Shown here: piece by piece, positions 57,051 through 64,000 of the stretch
How positions within the stretch are numbered: the stretch's first letter is position 1
Layout: the number at the start of each line of letters is the position of its first letter
DNA from: Octopus vulgaris
Lineage: Eukaryota
Reading direction: 5' to 3'
Length of the DNA: 64,000 nucleotides
Assembly: GCA_951406725.2 (NCBI GenBank)
Contig: OX597833.1
Coordinates: 66,340,001-66,404,000 of the forward strand
Made by a program: the position numbers and the translations under genes
Notes under the pieces: generated by a model
What the model saw: the letters and a program-made list of their open reading frames with translations, nothing else
What the model was told of the DNA's origin: nothing
Databases searched by the model: none

Positions 57051-57370
57051 TTTTTCAAAAACAAAATCAATAATTTCTGAGGAAGAGTACTGTAAATAAC
57101 AGAAAATGTGTGATTCAGAATAGAGATGGGGGGACGTCTCCGTTGCAAGTCAAAGGATAAAATCTACCCCAGGGATTGAGTATTTTTCTTCATTATTGTT
57201 AATTCAATTCACACTGATACACACAGACACACAGACACACAGACACACACACACACACACTTATATGGGAGTGTCCATGCGTGTTTGAGTGTGTGTAGCT
57301 AATAATGTTTTTAGAAACAAACAGAATTATAAAACTGAATAGTAGGAATGTATGCCAAAATACGCATGAC

Positions 57371-57437
<67 letters not shown>

Positions 57438-57624
57438 ACGTGCGTGTGTGCGTATATATACATATAGATATATATGCGTATATATATGTATATATATATA
57501 TGAACAAATATGTGTATACATATATGTACATATGTATGTATTAATGTCTATATATATATATATATATACACATTCACATATCTGCATATAGAAACATACA
57601 TACACACACATGCACACATACACG

Positions 57625-57668
<44 letters not shown>

Positions 57669-57819
57669 CTTATATACCTGCATATGTGTATATATATATA
57701 TATATATACTTGCGTATGCATATATGTTTTTCACTATCCTCACATAGTATGCATATAAATAAATATATATTTGTATGTACATAAGTATACACACACCAAC
57801 ACAGGCACGCACGAACGCG

Positions 57820-57856
<37 letters not shown>

Positions 57857-57885
57857 GTATGTATGAAAGCATATTAACACACACA

Positions 57886-57937
<52 letters not shown>

Positions 57938-58313
57938 CATACAAACAAATGCCTATACCTATACACTCAAAATACTCAAAACTTTATCTGTACGTCATCC
58001 ATTTCTGTCACGTTCCAATCCAATCTTTCAAAGCTATTAGCTAAGGCTGATACGGCAAATATCTCACTGTTAAAAAAAAAAACAATTCTTGCTGAACAAA
58101 TAAATTTTTATGTATTCTTTTAATGAAGATTTCTCATTTTTAAATCTACATTTACACTTCACGTGTTATTTCGTGTATACATACATTACTCGTGAAACGT
58201 GCATAGAAACAGACTCACAAAAGTTAAAGTTATTCACCCACAAATATACACGCACGTCAAACATACATGTAATATATGTGTTTATACTATATTTTTTTTT
58301 TTTTTTTTTTTTG

Positions 58314-58513
58314 TACTTGTTTCAGTCATTTGACTGCGGCCATGCTGGAGCACCGCCTTTAGAGTGGTGAAAGAGTACAGCAGGGATCACCACCATCCCC
58401 TGCCGGAGCCTCGTGGAGCTTTTAGGTGTTTTCGCTCAATAAACACACACAACGCCCGGTCTGGGAATCGAAACCGCGATCCTCCGACCGCAAGTCCGCT
58501 GCCCTAACCACTG
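58314..58513 (-). mobile_element. chimeric SINE: family C head plus family A tail
   Basis: Family C head joined directly to taaaggcggtgctccagcatggccgcagtcaaatgactgaaacaagta. Confidence 0.85.
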
Positions 58514-58700
58514 ACACACTTCTGTTGTGTCTGCACACGAGTACATCAAAAGATTATTTGTAACTCTATGGCGGACGCCATGGAATCGTCTATAGTAACG
58601 TTGCAGTTTGAAGGTGTTTCAAATGGTTTTTCATGAACCCGAGAATAGGCAGTCCATACATATGAATACATATGAACACATACATATGAATACATATGTA

Positions 58701-58736
<36 letters not shown>

Positions 58737-58780
58737 TATGAAAGAATGGAGTTGAACGACGAATTAATAAAATTCCTTTA

Positions 58781-58864
58781 TTTTCGACATATGTTTCGAT
58801 GGGCTGCATATTCCTAATTGCGAAGGAATAAGGAGTATATTATGCCGCTTTCTCATCTGGAAAA
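58781..58864 (-). ncRNA. hammerhead ribozyme motif with one core substitution
   Basis: ttttc CAGATGA ga...tc GAAA catatg TC gaaaa. Confidence 0.65.
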
Positions 58865-58946
58865 GCAAGGAACTTATGTCAACATCAAGATGCACAAAAA
58901 AATTATTAACCGAATTATCCATAACAAGATAATTCATTCAACTACT

Positions 58947-59031
<85 letters not shown>

Positions 59032-59294
59032 ACACATATATATGTACACACATATATATATATATATGCATACACATATATATGTACACATATATATAAG
59101 AGAACAAAGTGTACGTACGCCGCTATATATATATAAAAATATAAAATGGGACAAAAACGCAAAACATCCGAACAACTAGGTGATGCAAAAGGGGACAACA
59201 AAACATCCAGATAGACGATACAAAAAAAAAAAAAGGACGGGTCACTCGAAGCTTTCTATCCTCAGTCGAGAACCGGATCATCCTCGCAATTTCG

Positions 59295-59983
<689 letters not shown>

Positions 59984-60258
59984 TTTTGCTGCCCTGGTAA
60001 CTATTTATTTTCCGTGTTAATTGTTAACAAGGTAAAATACACTCATCTATTTATATGTATATATATATATATAAATATATATATATACAGGCCGCGATTG
60101 TTTTTATACAATGAACGGCTATGGGGACCCAGTAGAGTAACATAGGGACCAAGGTGGTCCATAAGAAACAAAATGATTAAAAACCATTGCTATAGGTGTC
60201 TATTGTTGAAGGACACAATTTCTTGGTATTATACCGACTTCCCTTCCTTGAAGCAGTT

Positions 60259-60292
<34 letters not shown>

Positions 60293-60304
60293 TCTATCTT
60301 TTTT

Positions 60305-60379
<75 letters not shown>

Positions 60380-60399
60380 CCCTCCCTCTCTCTCTCTCT

Positions 60400-60435
<36 letters not shown>

Positions 60436-60755
60436 ACGTATATATGAAATATTGTACATTTAAACACAAGAGAAAAGCTCCTTTAACAGTTAATTTTTAC
60501 ACGCTAGAAGACGCAGTCAAAACGGCCAAAACCAATTTAAGGGCAATTTTCGAAGACAATGAAAAATAAAAACTTTTACCTTGTTATTTTTTTACAGTTA
60601 TACCTAGGTTTCAGATTTCTTAAATGTACACTATTTTATATTGAGAATCTGTTGTCTATTGACTTTTTATACATGCTAGTGGGTGAAATTTCTAAAAATA
60701 TTCGCCGTCCTTTATATTTTACGTATATATATATATATATATATATACATATATA

Positions 60756-61234
60756 TATACAATTAAAGGCTCCTAAATAAAGATGCCCAGTGCTGGGAAC
60801 ACAAAAAGGGGATGAATTTATCGAGAGTGAAAATCAAAAACATTTACCGATAATTTAAACAACTCGTACCGCGGTTTCTGCTTCTTTCTAGCAAAACACA
60901 GAATATGTTTGCTAAGGCTGGCTTCATCAGCGAGTCGCCTGAATTTAATCGAGGTCCGCAGCGATGTGGGACTATATGTTAAACCCAACTACTAGCAGAT
61001 CTTAACTTTTCAAATCTCTGCGCAGACGCTGCGGACCTCGATTAAATTCAGGCGACTCGCTGATGAAGCCAGCCTTAGCAAACATATTCTGTGTTTTGCT
61101 AGAAAGAAGCAGAAACCGCGGTACGAGTTGTTTAAATTATCGGTAAATGTTTTTGATTTTCACTCTCGATAAATTCATCCCCTTTTTGTGTTCCCAGCAC
61201 TCGGCATCTTTATTTAGGAGCCTTTAATTGTATA
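60756..61234. repeat. near-perfect 208-bp inverted repeat (63-nt spacer) with an HHR in each arm
   Basis: 60756-60963 versus 61027-61234; one mismatch seen. Confidence 0.95.
61055..61128 (+). ncRNA. hammerhead ribozyme motif (mirror copy at 60862-60935, -)
   Basis: actcg CTGATGA a gc...tagcaaa..tttgcta...gc a GAAA ccgcgg TA cgagt. Confidence 0.8.
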
Positions 61235-61348
61235 ACCACATGATTAATATTTTTCTATATGAATAATATTTTCGTCTTATGACTAATTCGTCTTTTGTGC
61301 TGGGCACCTGGTAGTAAATAATATTACTACCCTTCTTGTTTATATTCG

Positions 61349-61423
<75 letters not shown>

Positions 61424-61633
61424 ATGTATATATATATATATATGTATATATGTATATATATATATATATGGGTGTGTGTGATTGTGTATAGAAGAATATA
61501 TTAATAAAAAGAATTCCAACCTTGTCTGATTTTCACGTTTTATTTACAATCTTATAATGATATATTATAAGATAATATATTATAATTGAATAAAATAAAA
61601 TGAAATAGTAGAATGTTAAATATTCATTCTGAT

Positions 61634-61678
61634 TGAACTAGTACTTTCATGCATTGAATTCTGCAATCTTCGGGTTCA
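61634..61678 (-). ncRNA. HHR motif in the PLE 3' region (CUGA->CCGA)
   Basis: tgaac CCGAAGA ttgca..tgcat GAAA gtac TA gttca. Confidence 0.7.
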
Positions 61679-62172
61679 TGTAGTAGTGTTGACAGTCATG
61701 CTTCACAATTTTTGACTGTAGCAAGATGAGTGATTCTGTGCTATAAATACAGCTGGGTAGGCTCCAGAGTGCTAGGTTTTGCAAACTGTATTCTGACCAA
61801 TCAGTGTGTAGTATCACTCAATTACTTAAGCTGATTGGTTGGTTGAGCTGATTGGTTTAGGCATCACGCTTTGTTGGACAGGTCAAGAGTCCTGTATCTT
61901 GACCCTGGCCGAAGCAGCAATTGTTGGGTTATTTTTAGAAATGTTGTAAATATCCTTTGTCAGAGATTTTTATATTTTTATATTTCAATTGTCATCATCA
62001 TCATTGTCAGCACCTTAATTATTGTTGCTAGTGGTGATGGTGGTGGCAATATAACTTTTAACCCTAAATAAGATAATTTTCCTGCTATCTTCGTCTTGAT
62101 CACCTTTAGTATTGTTGTTGTTGTTAGTGGTCATGGTCGTAGCAGTGGAAGTAATACCTCTAAGTATTATTA

Positions 62173-63250
62173 TTATTGCTTATTTAGCTTGGGTTCGAAT
62201 TTATCAATAAAATTCTTTTCTTTGATTTTCCTCTCGATTTCACTTGGGCTGTGTAATTTGTAGAATGGAAATATTATATATATTTTCCGACCACATGTTG
62301 CTAGGTGGTTACTCAAAGGTATCTGACGGACCTCTGGGTCTCTAATCTGTTGCCGGTGTACACGTGAGCGTTCTAATAGTGCGTTTCCCGTCTGACCTAC
62401 ATATATTTCTTCACAATTTGGGCATTTGATGCAGTAAATTAAATTTCTGCTTTTGCAGTTCATATTCGCGTTTGTGAATATTTTCCCGGTTTTTGTGTTT
62501 ATATATTGACCGGTATGTATGAATTGGCATGTGCCACATCGGCTATCATTGCATTTAGATACCGTGAATGTTTGGTCTTTGTTGCTGAGGTCAAATTTTG
62601 CCTTTGTTAGTAATGTTTTCAAGTTTTTAGGCTGTCTTTTACTAAGCACCATAGCTCGATCCTTGATTATGTCTTTTAATTCATTACTTTGGGCAATGAT
62701 TGGTAGGTTTGCTTTGGCAATGTTGAAGATATTCTGGTGACATGGGTTGTGTGTCACTATGAATGGTATGACTTGTTCTTGTTTTCCTCTTCCTTGGGTT
62801 GTCCTAAGTTGTTGTATAGGTATTTTTATAGCCCGCTGTATGCCATTTTCTATAAGTAGAGATGGGTATTTTTGTTTGAGCAAAAATTCTCTTAGTTCTA
62901 TTAGGCGTTTGTTCCTGATATTTGCATCTTCTACAATAGTACAAATTCTTCTGGCTAGGCAGTATGGGATGTTACGTTTTGTATGTGGTGGATGGCACGA
63001 CTTAAAATTTAGGTATTGATGTGTGTCTGTGTGTTTATAGTATATATCTGTGGTGATGGTGGTGTCTTTTTTAATTACCATTATATCCAGGAATGGTAAT
63101 TTGGTACTACTCATCTCCTTTGTAAATTTGAGAGATGGGTGTAGGTTGTTCAGGAGGATATTGAACTCTTCCAGAGTATTTAGAGATTCTGTCCAGATTA
63201 TGAAACAGTCGTCTAGGTATCTCTTCCATGCCTTTTCAATATACTTTCTA
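62173..63250 (-). CDS. PLE reverse transcriptase C-terminal half plus GIY-YIG endonuclease (5'-truncated; element spans ~61498-63250)
   Basis: WKRYLDDCF, LPFLDIMV, YLNFKSCHPPH, CNDSRCGTC, NLIYCIKCPNCEEIYVGQT..R...H, E..FI..F...LN; open frame ~360 aa. The ORF-track start (63366) lies inside the adjacent Helitron. Confidence 0.95.
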
Positions 63251-63266
63251 AATATATATATATACA

Positions 63267-63651
63267 CTAGCAGTATCGCCCGGCGTTGCTCAGGTTTGTA
63301 AGGGAAATAACTATAAAGCATTTTTAGAGAGTTATAGCCAAAAAATAGCAAAAAAATGGAAAACAAATGATGGTAAATTTTTTTTGAGAGTTAAAAAAGG
63401 TAGAGTTGCGTCCCCTAGACGGTCTGTGGTTTGGGTTTCTAATTCTCGACCCCATGTCGAATTTATCGATTTTTTTCAGAACTGGGGGAACTTTTCAAAA
63501 TTTTCGCTGCGTTAGTTTTGAATTATGACATTGGGCTATGTGTGTGTCAAGTTTCATCAGAATCGGTTGAAAGCCGTGGTCAGAGTGAGGGTACGAGAAA
63601 ACAGACACACAGAAACACGCACAGACAAACTGCCGTTTATATAGAGAGAGA
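63267..63651 (-). mobile_element. non-autonomous Helitron (mosaic)
   Basis: Minus strand starts TC(tctctctatataaacggcag) and ends in the hairpin plus CTAG. Confidence 0.82.
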
Positions 63652-64000
63652 TATATATACATACATACATACATATATATATATATATAATATATATATG
63701 TATATATATATATATCGAATACAAAGACCATGCGGAAAATTCTAGGTTTAATAATGGTTCAAAATCCAATGCCACTCTCACAAATCGTTCAATTATCATT
63801 TCCAACAAGTCACATGTTATAGAAATACGTATAAAAAAAAATGTCTCCTACCATTTGGCTGCATTGCTGGGCTGTAAATGTAATTCCTATTCAGAACAGA
63901 GTCATTAGCAAAAAGGACATTGATTGGTTTAGAAGTAGGAAAATTGCAAAGCATTTTACTTCCATCAGAGTTATATGTGTGTGTGTGTGTGTGTGTGTGT

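Noticed and set aside
59245-59270. HHR-like ctcga CTGAGGA ta GAAA gc TT cgag (-)
   Set aside because: Stem II is absent, so it is too reduced to call; not counted, though the AAGCTT palindrome fits the pattern
63251-63366. N-terminus of the 397-aa ORF
   Set aside because: Derived from the Helitron end and (TA)n; not part of the PLE protein

Overview
AT-rich, microsatellite-saturated eukaryotic non-coding DNA. The repeat families and (TA)n/(TATG)n/(ATCT)n load suggest a coleoid cephalopod, probably Octopus (inference). No host protein-coding exon can be supported, and nearly all listed ORFs are translations of simple repeats. Real content: three abundant tRNA-derived SINE families with modular or chimeric bodies; four Penelope-like element (PLE) remnants, the best being an uninterrupted ~360-aa RT+GIY-YIG frame at 62173-63250; CR1-, RTE- and R4-like LINE 3' ends; several mariner/Tc1 relics; four non-autonomous Helitrons; and one tRNA-Ser(AGA) gene or pseudogene. 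The most notable hidden layer is about 14 minimal type-I hammerhead ribozyme (HHR) motifs read directly from both strands. Each has a palindromic stem III whose sequence differs between families. Several lie in long fold-back inverted repeats or in ~200-bp non-coding units, one of which has a 16-bp target-site duplication (TSD). This points to a diverse PLE/retrozyme-like self-cleaving RNA mobilome. All structures were folded by eye; coordinates of degenerate repeats are approximate.
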